This document shows positions 1-9,557 of a stretch of DNA of 53,409 bases, piece after piece. The notes beneath the pieces were generated by a model, which did no database searches, had not been told where the DNA came from, and saw nothing but the letters and a program-made list of their open reading frames with translations. The translations under genes and the position numbers were made by a program. The DNA is taken from IMG/VR virus record IMGVR_UViG_3300028923_000001, positions 1-53,409 of that record; one strand, written 5' to 3'. The stretch is from a virus (Duplodnaviria; Caudoviricetes). The first letter of the stretch is position 1. Each line of letters opens with the position of its first letter.

Positions 1-3000
1 GGCACAGACATCACGCCCTTCAAGAGCTACACATCTAACAGTTACATGGGAGCCAAGAAGTCAACCTATATCCGCGACCGGATGGTGCAACTCGGCGACG
101 TCGAGGAAAACGCCTACCTGCATTTCTATAACGACACCAAGCTGACCAACTGGAATGGCACTGCCTATGACACGCTGCTGATTCGCGGCACCAACTCGAT
201 GACCATCACCGCCAAGGACTCCGTCAGTCGCGTTCCCAATTCCTATGTCAACTACGTCTTCTACTCCGGGAACACCTACTCCGGCGAGACCCGACTGTCG
301 CCGAACTTCACGAACGCCAAAATGCGTCTGGCCTACAAAGAGTATATCACCCAGGCTTTCAATAGCCAGCGCCTGACGCATTGGCCGACGATGACTGGCT
401 ACTGGGACGGCATCTACTTCGACAACTACAACCCCGTTGCCATGCAGGGGGGACGACTCGCCTCCGGCGGCTTGGTTGTCGAGACCGGCACCAGCCCCAG
501 CAGCCTGCTGACCTTCGGAACGGACACCTATGCGGCCTGGGGGTGGAACTGGATGAAGGTTTTCGGACGCGAGGTTCACGATACCCTGAAGACGTCGGCA
601 CAGTGGTCGGCTGACGGACAGAGGAAGGTACTGGCGTACAACGTCGGCATCAGCTTCAAGACGGAATACATGTATCCGGACTCCTCCGGAGCGGATGCCT
701 TCAACTACGAATTCGCTTTTGATCCCGTATCCTGTGCCAACAACAGCTACTATCGTTTGGAGAATCTCCATACGCGGGATTCTATCGCAACCCTCAATGG
801 CGCGACCTTCTTCTGGTGCTCTCGCCCGCGTACCGATCTGGTCACCAAGCGGCAGTCGATCTACAACAACCTCTGCTTTTACTATGCCGCCCGAACAGAT
901 TCCACCTGGATTTACATGCGCCCTGAACCGGGAAACGCTTATGGCGCCTTTCTGAATACCGGTTTTGACACTCTGTCCTGGATAACGGCGATGGAGTATG
1001 ATATCGGTTCACCGCTCGGCCATTACCAGCTTGCTGCGTCCGGTACCTCCCCCGACATGAGCGGGGCACAATACAAAGTCTGGATGCGGGACTATCAGGG
1101 AGCGCGAGTCTATACTCGTCCCAAGGATCACATTGACGCCTCGGTTTGGGGTTCGACCTCCACTCCGGTCACCGTCGACCTGGGTGGCTCGTACAAGCAA
1201 CTTCTCCCCGACGGAACCTTCGGTTCGGTAGTCACCTCGATTTCGTTACGATCCACTGAGGGCGCCATTATGATTCCGGTCAGCGTCGGCGCCTGTACCA
1301 CTCCGCCGACGGTGCCGACGTTCAGCAGTCCAGCCGACAACGCCACGGTGACATCACGCACGCCCAGCCTCTGCGTGGTCAATTCGACGCAGTCGGGTAC
1401 CTGCACGCAGCCGATCGTCTACCATTTTCAGGTTTCGGCGGCATCGAGTTTCAGCACGATCGTCTCCGAAGACAGTTCAGTGTCCCAGGGTTCATCGACA
1501 ACCTGTTGGACGGTGGGGACGACACTTAATCCCGGACAGCTGTACTACTGGCGGGTACGCGCGGGCAATGGCACCTCCTGGTCCAGCTGGTCTTCTGCTC
1601 GTCGCTTTGTGACGCCCAACAACGTCCCGACGGTGCCGACACCCTCGTCACCGGCCAACGGTGCCACGATCACTGTGGTCCAGCCCACCTTAACGGTGAC
1701 GAACTCGACCGACGCCGACGGCACGACTCCGTCATATCATTTTCAGGTTTCCACCACTTCTGGTTTCACAGCCATCGCCGCTGAGAATGCGTCAGTGGCT
1801 CAGGGCTCAGGTACCACCAGTTGGGTGGTCAGTTCGGCTCTGAGTAATCTGACCACCTACTATTGGCGCGTGCGCGCCTATGACGGTATAGCCTATTCAA
1901 GCTGGAGCAGTACGCGTTCCTTCTACGTCAACCAGCCGGTGGCAAACAACCCGCCGACGGTCCCGACCCTTTCGGCTCCCGCCAATGGCGCCACGATGAC
2001 ATCGCTGCAACCGACTCTGGTGATCGTGAATTCGACTGATCCCGAGGGTACAACACCCATCTATCATTTCCAACTGTCGACCCTGTCCAGCTTCTCGACG
2101 ATCGCCGTCGAGAATCTCTCCGTGATACAGGGGCAGACGACGACAACCTGGCAGGTCACGCCGGCACTCAACAACCTGACGACCTACTACTGGCGCGTGC
2201 GCGCCTCTGACGGACAGGCATACTCCAATTGGAGCAGCACACGATCGTTCTACGTAAATCAGACGGGCGCCAACAGCCCGCCGTCGATGCCCGTCTGCAG
2301 TTCGCCGAAAAACGCCACCAAGGTCACCAGCCTGATTCCCGATCTGTCCGTCGTCAACTCGACTGACGTCGATGGCGATCCACTGACCTATCAATTTGAG
2401 ATCTATAATTCCACCTTCTCGACGTTGATCGCGCAGTCGTCCATGGTTGCTCAGGGGAGCGGGACGACGACGTGGCAGGTTCCGGTGACCCTGTCGCAGA
2501 AGACGGTCTACGTGTGGCGCGCTCGCGCCTACGATTCCCAGAACTGGTCGAACTGGATGACACTGGCCAGCTTCCGCACCAATCGTCCACCGATCACGCC
2601 GGTGCCCCGCGCGCCGGTACAGGATACCGTTTTCGGGTCAGTGCATGTGCTGGTGACGTACAACACGACGGATCCCGATGACGACACGCTTACCTATGAT
2701 TTCCGCGTCTTCTCGGATTCTCTGCTGACCAAGCAGGTCGAAATCGGTTTGGCGATACCACAGGGGACGAATTACACGTCTTTCACGACTGCGGCCACTT
2801 ACACCAACAACAAGCCATACTGGTGGCGCGTGCGGGCCTATGATGGCGGCGCCTGGTGCAACTGGAGCGATCCCGTGGAATTCTGGCACCTGGATATGGC
2901 GCTTGATGTAACCGACGCGCCGACTCTGGTGAAGCCCGCAGATGGGTCAGTCGAAACCGACATGACACCGGAATTCCAGATCACGTGGTCGGGAAGCGGC

Positions 3001-3447
3001 TCGTCGACCTGTCAGTTCGAGTTGGCAGACGATGCCAATTTCACCACCGTTGTTGATGGAGGATCGGCCAGTGGAGACAACGGGTCCGCCGTCTGGACCG
3101 TCTACCGATCTCTGGAAAACGGCCGGACATACTATTGGCGCGCCAAACGAGAGGGTGGCGGCTACTCTCAGACTGCTGCTTTCTCCGTCAGTGCGAATAT
3201 CTTCCTTTCGCCGGTTCCCTTCTCCTATCTTGACGGCGCTATCACCATTCACACTCTCCCGTCCGGGTCGCGATTTGAAGTCTACACCCCCTCCGGGGAC
3301 AAAGTCGTCGAACTGGACAATCTGAGCGGAGACTACTCCTGGAACGTCCTCAACTCCCGAGGCGAGAAACTGGGGTCGGGCGTGTTCCTCTATTACATCC
3401 GCTTCGACGACAAGACGGTGGCTGACAAATTCATCGTTGTCAGATAG
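1..3447 (+). CDS. Host secreted protein (5'-partial): putative GHL15-like glycoside hydrolase domain, about six FN3/Ig-like repeats, T9SS/FlgD-like C-terminal sorting domain
   Basis: Frame open from base 1. DGIYFDN and KVWMRDYQGARVYTRP motifs. Repeats of PPTVPTxSxPANGAT...YHFQVS...YYWRVRAYDG..WSxWS. C-terminus SPVPF...VYTPSGDKV...WNVLNSRGEKLGSGVFLY...KFIVVR. Confidence 0.75.
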   Translation, partial: GTDITPFKSYTSNSYMGAKKSTYIRDRMVQLGDVEENAYLHFYNDTKLTNWNGTAYDTLLIRGTNSMTITAKDSVSRVPNSYVNYVFYSGNTYSGETRLSPNFTNAKMRLAYKEYITQAFNSQRLTHWPTMTGYWDGIYFDNYNPVAMQGGRLASGGLVVETGTSPSSLLTFGTDTYAAWGWNWMKVFGREVHDTLKTSAQWSADGQRKVLAYNVGISFKTEYMYPDSSGADAFNYEFAFDPVSCANNSYYRLENLHTRDSIATLNGATFFWCSRPRTDLVTKRQSIYNNLCFYYAARTDSTWIYMRPEPGNAYGAFLNTGFDTLSWITAMEYDIGSPLGHYQLAASGTSPDMSGAQYKVWMRDYQGARVYTRPKDHIDASVWGSTSTPVTVDLGGSYKQLLPDGTFGSVVTSISLRSTEGAIMIPVSVGACTTPPTVPTFSSPADNATVTSRTPSLCVVNSTQSGTCTQPIVYHFQVSAASSFSTIVSEDSSVSQGSSTTCWTVGTTLNPGQLYYWRVRAGNGTSWSSWSSARRFVTPNNVPTVPTPSSPANGATITVVQPTLTVTNSTDADGTTPSYHFQVSTTSGFTAIAAENASVAQGSGTTSWVVSSALSNLTTYYWRVRAYDGIAYSSWSSTRSFYVNQPVANNPPTVPTLSAPANGATMTSLQPTLVIVNSTDPEGTTPIYHFQLSTLSSFSTIAVENLSVIQGQTTTTWQVTPALNNLTTYYWRVRASDGQAYSNWSSTRSFYVNQTGANSPPSMPVCSSPKNATKVTSLIPDLSVVNSTDVDGDPLTYQFEIYNSTFSTLIAQSSMVAQGSGTTTWQVPVTLSQKTVYVWRARAYDSQNWSNWMTLASFRTNRPPITPVPRAPVQDTVFGSVHVLVTYNTTDPDDDTLTYDFRVFSDSLLTKQVEIGLAIPQGTNYTSFTTAATYTNNKPYWWRVRAYDGGAWCNWSDPVEFWHLDMALDVTDAPTLVKPADGSVETDMTPEFQITWSGSGSSTCQFELADDANFTTVVDGGSASGDNGSAVWTVYRSLENGRTYYWRAKREGGGYSQTAAFSVSANIFLSPVPFSYLDGAITIHTLPSGSRFEVYTPSGDKVVELDNLSGDYSWNVLNSRGEKLGSGVFLYYIRFDDKTVADKFIVVR

Positions 3448-3572
3448 CTTCAACATCATAGCTTTTGTCAGGAGCTTACTCGATCGGGTCCGGCAGTAGC
3501 CGGACTCGGTCGGTTGTATCTTTGGCAGACCGGCTCGTCCGGCTTCACACCTCACTGAAGATGGAGAATAAC

Positions 3573-4175
3573 ATGCATCGGATCAGCAGAATCAGTCTCG
3601 GTGTTGTGATCGCGCTGCTCGCGGTTTCAACCAGCGCCTACGCTCTTTCTGGTCTGGGATTGGGAGCCAAGGCCGGTGTCCTGACGAACTACAAGAACCC
3701 CAATCTCAAGCTCTCCACGTACAAGATGGACGACCTCAAGTTCTATGGCGCCTTCGTCAAATTTGGTGCGCAGGGAATGACACTGGAGGCAGGTGTCGAG
3801 ACGTTCTGGGACAAGAAGAATCTCGATCTTCTCGGCGGACAGGTTGAGGTCAAGGCCCGGGACGTTGTCCTGACTCTGACCGGGAAATTCTACTTCAAAT
3901 TCCCGATCGTCAATCCCTTCGTCGGTGTCGGTATAGGCGGGCACAAGTTCACTTACAGTTACACGGGCGACCTCGGTGGTTATTCAAACGTGGAAATCAA
4001 CATTCCGGACGATAAAATGTACTTCGGTTATCATCTGGTCGTCGGCGCCAAGACCGCCATCGCCGTGCTTCCGTTCGACATCTTCGTTGAAGGCAAAATC
4101 GGCCGAGTCAATTCCTCAGGCGACCCGATTGACTTCACGATCCTCGCCGGAGGGATCATCATCAATCTGCCCTGA
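3573..4175 (+). CDS. Host outer-membrane beta-barrel protein
   Basis: GGAG RBS before ATG 3573; signal peptide ending SAYA; amphipathic strands (NPFVGVGIGG, FGYHLVVGAK, IFVEGK). Confidence 0.7.
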   Translation: MHRISRISLGVVIALLAVSTSAYALSGLGLGAKAGVLTNYKNPNLKLSTYKMDDLKFYGAFVKFGAQGMTLEAGVETFWDKKNLDLLGGQVEVKARDVVLTLTGKFYFKFPIVNPFVGVGIGGHKFTYSYTGDLGGYSNVEINIPDDKMYFGYHLVVGAKTAIAVLPFDIFVEGKIGRVNSSGDPIDFTILAGGIIINLP

Positions 4176-4261
4176 GGCAGGTGACTGAGATTCGAGTTCA
4201 AACGGCAACTCTGCCGTGAACTGCAGTGGCATCTCGGCCACACCGCTACGGCAAATTCCGG

Positions 4262-4290
4262 TTGACAAGTGCCCTCGCCGCGCGTAAATA
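4262..4290 (+). promoter_or_regulatory. Putative sigma70 promoter for tRNA-Thr
   Basis: TTGACA at 4262, 17-bp spacer, imperfect -10 TAAATA, about 60 bp upstream of the tRNA. Confidence 0.4.
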
Positions 4291-4351
4291 GTGCGTCTAA
4301 TCTCGGTGGCGAGGGATGCCGATCATCCTAAGAGTCGAGAAGACAACACAA

Positions 4352-4424
4352 GCCGGTGTAACTCAGCTGGTAGAGTAGCTGATTTGTAATCAGCCTGTCG
4401 TAGGTTCGAGTCCTATCACCGGCT
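4352..4424 (+). tRNA. tRNA-Thr(TGT); probable prophage attachment site
   Basis: Acceptor stem GCCGGTG/CACCGGC, D-arm CTCAGCTGGTAGAG, anticodon arm GCTGA-TTTGTAA-TCAGC, T-loop GGTTCGAGTCC; CCA not encoded. Confidence 0.96.
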
Positions 4425-4552
4425 CATTGTGCGACAAAGGGTTGGCTCTGTCCGACAATGACTTTGAGAGATTGAGAATCTGATCCGGACAGGGGCAGAA
4501 AGGGGGTTGATGGGGGTTACAGGGGGTAGAGCTATGCGAAAATTGTGCGAAA

Positions 4553-5566
4553 TCAATCGGGGAGGGATTCGACAAGTTGGCGCTGGAAATCGGCGTCGGG
4601 GTGGATGTAGACGCGATCGGCGAGCCCCTGCGTCAGGTGTCCGAGCGCCGTGGCGATATGCTTGGGTTGTGGGTGAGCCGTCGACCGGGCGACGCGCGAA
4701 GCAAAGGTGTGGCGGAAATCATGAAACCGACAGGGCATACCGAGACGGGTGCGAAGATCCACGAACTTGTTGCTGATGTTGTCAATTCTGGGACAACGAG
4801 CACCGGATTCGGAGAGAAAACGAATAGCCTCCCGGGCAGATTTGTTAAGATAGCGGACATCGGATTTGCGGCTTTTGGTGACTCCGGCAGGAAAGAGAGC
4901 GATGGCGGCGCGGAGATCGACCGTCGCCCAGTCTCCTGACCAGAGCCAGTGAATCTCGCCCCGGCGCATGCCGGTCTGATAGGCGAGCTCGAGGATGGCG
5001 GCAAAGATCGGGTCGGTGTTGAGTTTCAGGAGATCGACTTCCTGACGGGTGAAGATGTGCGGCTCGGATTTCCTGATCTCGCGATAGCGATCAACATCAG
5101 CAGCCGGACGATGCGCCATCATGCCGGAGCGCCGGCAGAAGCGGCAAAAGTCGGAGATGATCGAGAGATAACGGTTGCGGCTGGAGGCGGATATCGGCAA
5201 ATCATCAAGCCAGGACTGAATCGTGCGCGCCGTGATCTGGTTGAGGGTTTCGATTTTGCGATCGGCCGCGAAACGGAGGAGCTGATGGTGTTTTTGGAAG
5301 AGAGTCCGGGGTGTTTCGGAATCGGATTCGCAGTGAGCCAGGTACTCCCGCAGAGCGCGAGTGAAGGAGCGGCCATCGGATTGTGCCGGCGAATGGAGGA
5401 GTTTGAAGATCTCGAGGGCGAAGGACTCGGCACTGCGTTTGGTGAGAATCGGGAGCAGGCGTTCGCCGGTGAGTTCCGCCCAGAGTTTGTGAACCGGACG
5501 GTGGATGCGCGATTTGCCGGAACCGTCGGTATAGTAATAGCAGTTATCACGTTTGTGGCAGCGCAT
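4553..5566 (-). CDS. int: Tyrosine recombinase / phage integrase
   Basis: Catalytic motifs TGMRRGEI, TKS, HDFRH, LGH and Tyr in VYIH. Confidence 0.95.
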   Translation of the reverse strand: MRCHKRDNCYYYTDGSGKSRIHRPVHKLWAELTGERLLPILTKRSAESFALEIFKLLHSPAQSDGRSFTRALREYLAHCESDSETPRTLFQKHHQLLRFAADRKIETLNQITARTIQSWLDDLPISASSRNRYLSIISDFCRFCRRSGMMAHRPAADVDRYREIRKSEPHIFTRQEVDLLKLNTDPIFAAILELAYQTGMRRGEIHWLWSGDWATVDLRAAIALFPAGVTKSRKSDVRYLNKSAREAIRFLSESGARCPRIDNISNKFVDLRTRLGMPCRFHDFRHTFASRVARSTAHPQPKHIATALGHLTQGLADRVYIHPDADFQRQLVESLPD

Positions 5567-5579
5567 CAGGACACACCCC

Positions 5580-5885
5580 TCACGGGAAGATAAGACCGTA
5601 GAAGTAGACGATTCCCAAGATCAGGCCTGCCAATAGCGCCTGAATCAACAGAAGCGCCATCACATACCAGAACACTTCTTTGAGACCCCGAAGCAGGAAC
5701 TCGGTTATCTTGAGGATGCCGATGAGTCCATCGAACACGAAATCACTGGACTTAACGGCGCTTTTGGGAATCCGTTTGACGAGGTTGGCAAGCGAATGTC
5801 CCATCAGGAAAAAAAACCGACGGTACTCGGTCTGTTGGCAAAGTTCCGGAGCCAACGGGTTTCGTTCACGTTCATCTCCAGTCAT
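5580..5885 (-). CDS. Small membrane protein in the repressor-integrase operon
   Basis: C-terminal hydrophobic segment; start overlaps the stop of the upstream small ORF. Confidence 0.5.
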   Translation of the reverse strand: MTGDERERNPLAPELCQQTEYRRFFFLMGHSLANLVKRIPKSAVKSSDFVFDGLIGILKITEFLLRGLKEVFWYVMALLLIQALLAGLILGIVYFYGLIFP

Positions 5886-6007
5886 TGTTCGGTCATGACC
5901 CCGGCAATCCAGATTACGAAGAACAAAAACAGAATGCCGACGACCATGACAATGTAGAACACAACGGGACTATTCAACAGGTTTGCGATCCAACGGCGGC
6001 GAGCCAA
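5882..6007 (-). CDS. 41-aa single-TM peptide (not in ORF track)
   Basis: GGAGGA RBS, TTG start, MARRRWIANLLNSPVVFYIVMVVGILFLFFVIWIAGVMTEQ, ATGA coupling to the next gene. Confidence 0.5.
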   Translation of the reverse strand: MARRRWIANLLNSPVVFYIVMVVGILFLFFVIWIAGVMTEQ

Positions 6008-6126
6008 GCCGTTCCTCCAATCTCGTCATAAGCCAGCGAATAAGCGAGATCAGCACGGTGGTTTGTTGATCTTCAGACATGATAATTCCTCCCCTGTTCC
6101 AGATGGATTAGTAGTACAGCATAGGT

Positions 6127-6567
6127 CTAGCCTCCACGATTACCGCCGCTGGCGAAGGCCTCGATGATGCGGCCCAGCGATGCTCGTTCGTTTGGGTTCA
6201 GGGTGATCAGGGTGGTCATGATTTTCTGCAAATCGGGATCGAGATCGGGAGCGGTGGCTCCGTATTTGGCCAAGACGGCGTCAAGAAGCTCGCGGATCTG
6301 ACGAATGTCGTGTGGTTCGGTTTCCTGGCCGGTGAGAAGCCAGTCGATGGAGACGCCAAGAACCTCACGGAGGCCGATGAGGACTTCGGACTTGGGGAGC
6401 GATTTGCCGGAAAAATAGGCACCAAGGGCTTCGTGAGTGATGTAGTAGCCTGATTTCTTCATCGCCTGGGCGAGACTCACTCGCGTTTTGAATCCCTTCC
6501 TCTCCATTGCTTCCCCGAGTCTGCCCGCGATGGCCGTGCGATCCGTTTTGGCCTTACGCATGATCAA
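6127..6567 (-). CDS. XRE-family HTH repressor (cI-like)
   Basis: IAGRLGEAM...SLAQAM...LGAYFSGKSLPKSEVLIGLREVLGVSIDWLLTG; divergent from the early operon. Confidence 0.9.
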   Translation of the reverse strand: MIMRKAKTDRTAIAGRLGEAMERKGFKTRVSLAQAMKKSGYYITHEALGAYFSGKSLPKSEVLIGLREVLGVSIDWLLTGQETEPHDIRQIRELLDAVLAKYGATAPDLDPDLQKIMTTLITLNPNERASLGRIIEAFASGGNRGG

Positions 6568-6574
6568 GTTTCCA

Positions 6575-6672
6575 TCAAACCTATCTTAAGGGTGTTGACT
6601 GTCAAGCGATTAGAAGAAAAGTTAAAAATAATGAAAAAAACATCTTGACAAAGTAATATGACTTCATATTTT
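6575..6672. promoter_or_regulatory. Divergent lysis/lysogeny promoter-operator region
   Basis: AT-rich. Rightward TTGACA(6645)-16-TATTTT with inverted repeat AATATGA-CT-TCATATT (6655-6670) over spacer and -10. Palindrome TTGACTGTCAA (6595-6605) gives a leftward TTGACA-16-TAGGTT. Confidence 0.6.
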
Positions 6673-6702
6673 GCCGACAGTGATAGAAGGTGTGTTGAAG
6701 CA

Positions 6703-6891
6703 ATGGAAAATAACTTGACTTGGTTTAAGACGGTAAAACTCAGACAAAACGGCGAGACCGGTATGGAGGTAACAATGCCTCCAGCGGCGATTCGGGAAGC
6801 TGGAGTTGAACTCGGTGAGGAATTGGATGTGTTTGTGAATCGCGAGACCAAGGACATCGTGTTTCGCAAGCATGAACCGGTGGCGGCATGA
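6703..6891 (+). CDS. AbrB/MazE/SpoVT-family DNA-binding protein at the cro position
   Basis: VKLRQNG..MEVTMPPAAIREAGVELGEELDVFV...IVFRK swapped-hairpin pattern. Confidence 0.75.
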   Translation: MENNLTWFKTVKLRQNGETGMEVTMPPAAIREAGVELGEELDVFVNRETKDIVFRKHEPVAA

Positions 6892-7088
6892 GCGAGTACA
6901 TGACGGTGGCCGAGGTGATGGAGCGCTGGCACAAGCGCGACCTGAAGAGTTTCTACGAGAAGTGGCTGCCGCTGTTCCGCGGAGTGCGCAAGATCGGGAG
7001 GTACTTGATCCCCACGAGCGAAGTGATCAGGGTGGAAAAAGAACATCGGACGACTCCGGGTAAGCCATCCGTGGCGGGTTCGCAATGA
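6888..7088 (+). CDS. Excisionase-like HTH protein
   Basis: YMTVAEV...GVRKIGRYLIPTSEV pattern; ATGA-coupled to the AbrB-like gene. Confidence 0.65.
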   Translation: MSEYMTVAEVMERWHKRDLKSFYEKWLPLFRGVRKIGRYLIPTSEVIRVEKEHRTTPGKPSVAGSQ

Positions 7089-7509
7089 AGATAATGCACA
7101 AATGGGCAATGTCAAGAGAAAAGGAGAGTGCGTGGACAGAATAATCACAGATCGGCAGGTTGACCGGGCGATCGCGCGAGTGAACGGACCGGTGATTCGA
7201 CTGGCGCTGAAGAAGCGGTGGCTGGCGATCAGGTACGGAGTCAGGAAGTCTGCAGGCGCCAAATGACCGAGCAACAGAACTTTGATTTCTGGGAAGGATT
7301 TGCGGCAGTGAGCATTGTCAGTGCGCTGATGGCGCTGGCGTTGACGTTGGCGCCGGTTTTCGCGCAGGCACAAGGAGGAATCAGATGAGATTGATATTTC
7401 CGTGGTTGCTGCCGCTGGTGCAGTTGCTCGGTTGGCCGGCATTCGGAACGACGATCGACAAGCGGTACATGCTTGGACACGATCCGACGGTGTGCGGAGG
7501 ACCGGAGTT

Positions 7510-7824
7510 GTGATCGTCGAGAAGCCACGCGGTGGTGAGTTTCGGTTTCGGCTCGATCGCGATGAGTTGCAACTCGGAGCGCGCGAGTTTTTCGAAGAGA
7601 TCAAGCAGGCTATACCGGGGCGGTGTCGCCGATACGATCCCCAAGCACGGATCTGGACCGTAAGCGATATCTTTCTTCCAGTAGTTCTAGACAAGCTCGC
7701 ATATCATTTCCCTCCAACTGAACCGCAATTATGCGAGGTCGGAGCACTGTCCCGGTTTGTCGTGAGAAAGAAGAGAGGGCGCACAGCCGTGCGCCCCTAC
7801 GGTGGAACAAGGGTGGTGGCGTGA
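7510..7824 (+). CDS. Hypothetical protein, possibly HARP/DUF5710-like
   Basis: EEIKQAIPGRCRRYDPQARIWTV; GTG 7510 overlaps the stop of a small upstream ORF. Confidence 0.4.
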   Translation: MIVEKPRGGEFRFRLDRDELQLGAREFFEEIKQAIPGRCRRYDPQARIWTVSDIFLPVVLDKLAYHFPPTEPQLCEVGALSRFVVRKKRGRTAVRPYGGTRVVA

Positions 7825-8008
7825 TGGACTGGAGATTCGTGACATCGGAGATCGCGATACAAACGGTGGTCGTTTGTTTCCTGATGGCGTTCGCGATTGC
7901 GTTGTGCGTGTGGACGATCAGGAAGGACAGGAAAAGACACACCCCTTTATCCCCTCTCAAGAGGGGAATAACAGCACCTGACAGCACCTGGAAAAGGATG
8001 ATACGGGG

Positions 8009-8278
8009 ATGACGGAGACGGAGGTTGAACGAGTTCTTCGCAACGGCTATTACTGCGAGGGTCACTTGATTCCACTGAATCCGAGTGGCAAATGCGGAAT
8101 TTGTGAGGGAGCTCCATGGAAAGAGGACTGGCAGCCCGATGTGTCATTGATGCAGTATCTGCTGCTGAAAGGAATCGACCAATTTCCCAAGATTGGATTT
8201 TCTACCGAACAGATCAGGGCAAAACTGAGATCGACTTATAGGGCGATTGAAATGGGAGAATATTGGGATTTGTTATAG
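8009..8278 (+). CDS. Hypothetical protein with possible Zn site
   Basis: CEGH...CGIC; ATGA-coupled to the upstream ORF. Confidence 0.45.
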   Translation: MTETEVERVLRNGYYCEGHLIPLNPSGKCGICEGAPWKEDWQPDVSLMQYLLLKGIDQFPKIGFSTEQIRAKLRSTYRAIEMGEYWDLL

Positions 8279-8490
8279 CGGGTTTAAGGCCATTGGCGCG
8301 CAAGTGCATCTCGGAGTTCCTGCCCCCCTCTCCGAGTTCGGTGGGTCGATGGCCTTCCCGGTTAAATGAAGCGGTGCACGCCGACGTACACCAGGCACGA
8401 AAATAACCCCACCCGCTGGGTGGGGTACGAGTGAAATCAAAGTAACGCCCTGGGTGCAGGGAGAGCAGATAACGGTTTTCAAGGAGAGAA
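8275..8490 (+). repeat. 216-bp direct repeat, copy 1 (structured leader plus RBS)
   Basis: Reads identical to 8995-9210, offset 720 bp. Confidence 0.97.
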
Positions 8491-8491
8491 A

Positions 8492-8932
8492 ATGGAAGAT
8501 CAATCAGACAATCAGAATGAAGCGATGAAGCAGGAAGGTCGGCCATCGGTAATGGCGGCTGACATAGCCGCTCCGGGAGCAGCAGCACCAGTCGGGGTCC
8601 CGGGACCGAATGCAGGTAAACCTGGGGATTTGTCAGAGGTACATGCGGCTGCAGAAGGATTGTCTTGGCAATTCTGTCACGTAACGAAAGCAGATCCGCA
8701 TGGCGTGAAATTCTACATCCAGCACGGACCGATCAAAGAGGTCGGGGTAAATGGTTGCCAGATCGATGAGGTGATTAAGTTTTCACGGAACTTCATCATG
8801 AATGCAAACCACCGGTTCCCGTGCGATGAGAATATCGACGCAATCACGCATCTGGGAATGGCAATCGAGGCACTGGAGCGTCGTAAGGCCAATCGTGAGG
8901 CGCGCGGAGTGGAAGGGACGGATCAGCTTTAA
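8492..8932 (+). CDS. Tad1-like anti-defence sponge protein
   Basis: IQHGPIKEVGVNG...FPCDENIDAITHLGMAIEALERRKANREARGVEGT matches the Tad1 pattern FQxG...GV...F.SREN..A.T..EEA..W...R..DR..R.V.GT as I recall it. Confidence 0.8.
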   Translation: MEDQSDNQNEAMKQEGRPSVMAADIAAPGAAAPVGVPGPNAGKPGDLSEVHAAAEGLSWQFCHVTKADPHGVKFYIQHGPIKEVGVNGCQIDEVIKFSRNFIMNANHRFPCDENIDAITHLGMAIEALERRKANREARGVEGTDQL

Positions 8933-8994
8933 TCGTGTGCGCGGCGCACGAGGGCGTACGCCGCGCACGGTGATATCTGGAGAAGGATGATGAG

Positions 8995-9210
8995 ATAGCG
9001 GGTTTAAGGCCATTGGCGCGCAAGTGCATCTCGGAGTTCCTGCCCCCCTCTCCGAGTTCGGTGGGTCGATGGCCTTCCCGGTTAAATGAAGCGGTGCACG
9101 CCGACGTACACCAGGCACGAAAATAACCCCACCCGCTGGGTGGGGTACGAGTGAAATCAAAGTAACGCCCTGGGTGCAGGGAGAGCAGATAACGGTTTTC
9201 AAGGAGAGAA
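8995..9210 (+). repeat. 216-bp direct repeat, copy 2
   Basis: Reads identical to 8275-8490. Confidence 0.97.
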
Positions 9211-9212
9211 GA

Positions 9213-9539
9213 ATGCCAGACAAACAACTACCAGGTAAGATAGCTACGATTCGGGGGGAGGGAAGGCCAGAGAATAAACCGACGACCGTCACACTAGCGA
9301 TGATTCGTGTAGGTGCGGAGACGGTCGAAAAGAAGCAGGCGGAACTTGTCTCTTCACTCCGCCAAATTCTCGCGCACTTGTGTGGTTCGAATCCCGCACC
9401 CACATCTGAAGTTTCTCAACCTCAGCCCGGCGAGTTGGGTCAGGTTGGCGCAATTCTGGCTAACATCATGTGCGACGTAGACATGGCAAGAGCCATTGGC
9501 ATGGATATTGCGATGCTGCTCTCAGTGAAAGAGCAATAA
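9213..9539 (+). CDS. Hypothetical helical protein; candidate anti-defence factor
   Basis: ATG follows the AAGGAG RBS of repeat copy 2; lies between two sponge-like genes. Confidence 0.6.
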   Translation: MPDKQLPGKIATIRGEGRPENKPTTVTLAMIRVGAETVEKKQAELVSSLRQILAHLCGSNPAPTSEVSQPQPGELGQVGAILANIMCDVDMARAIGMDIAMLLSVKEQ

Positions 9540-9557
9540 CGGTTTCAGGGAGAGAAA

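Noticed and set aside
1290-3190. DNA-level repeats in the host gene as a mobile or repeat element
   Set aside because: Explained by tandem FN3/Ig-like protein domains.
4400-4426. Second att site (duplicate of the tRNA 3' end)
   Set aside because: No second copy of GGTTCGAGTCCTATCACCGGCT seen; the prophage end lies outside the window.
6564-7694. 376-aa minus-strand ORF and similar long antisense ORFs (4949-5593, 27476-28438, 30555-31601, 35536-36501)
   Set aside because: They shadow well-supported genes on the opposite strand and show no recognisable motifs.
8275-8490. tRNA, HDV-like ribozyme or c-di-GMP riboswitch in the 216-bp repeat
   Set aside because: No T-loop/D-loop, HDV strand order is not satisfied, and no GEMM consensus; left as an unassigned structured element.
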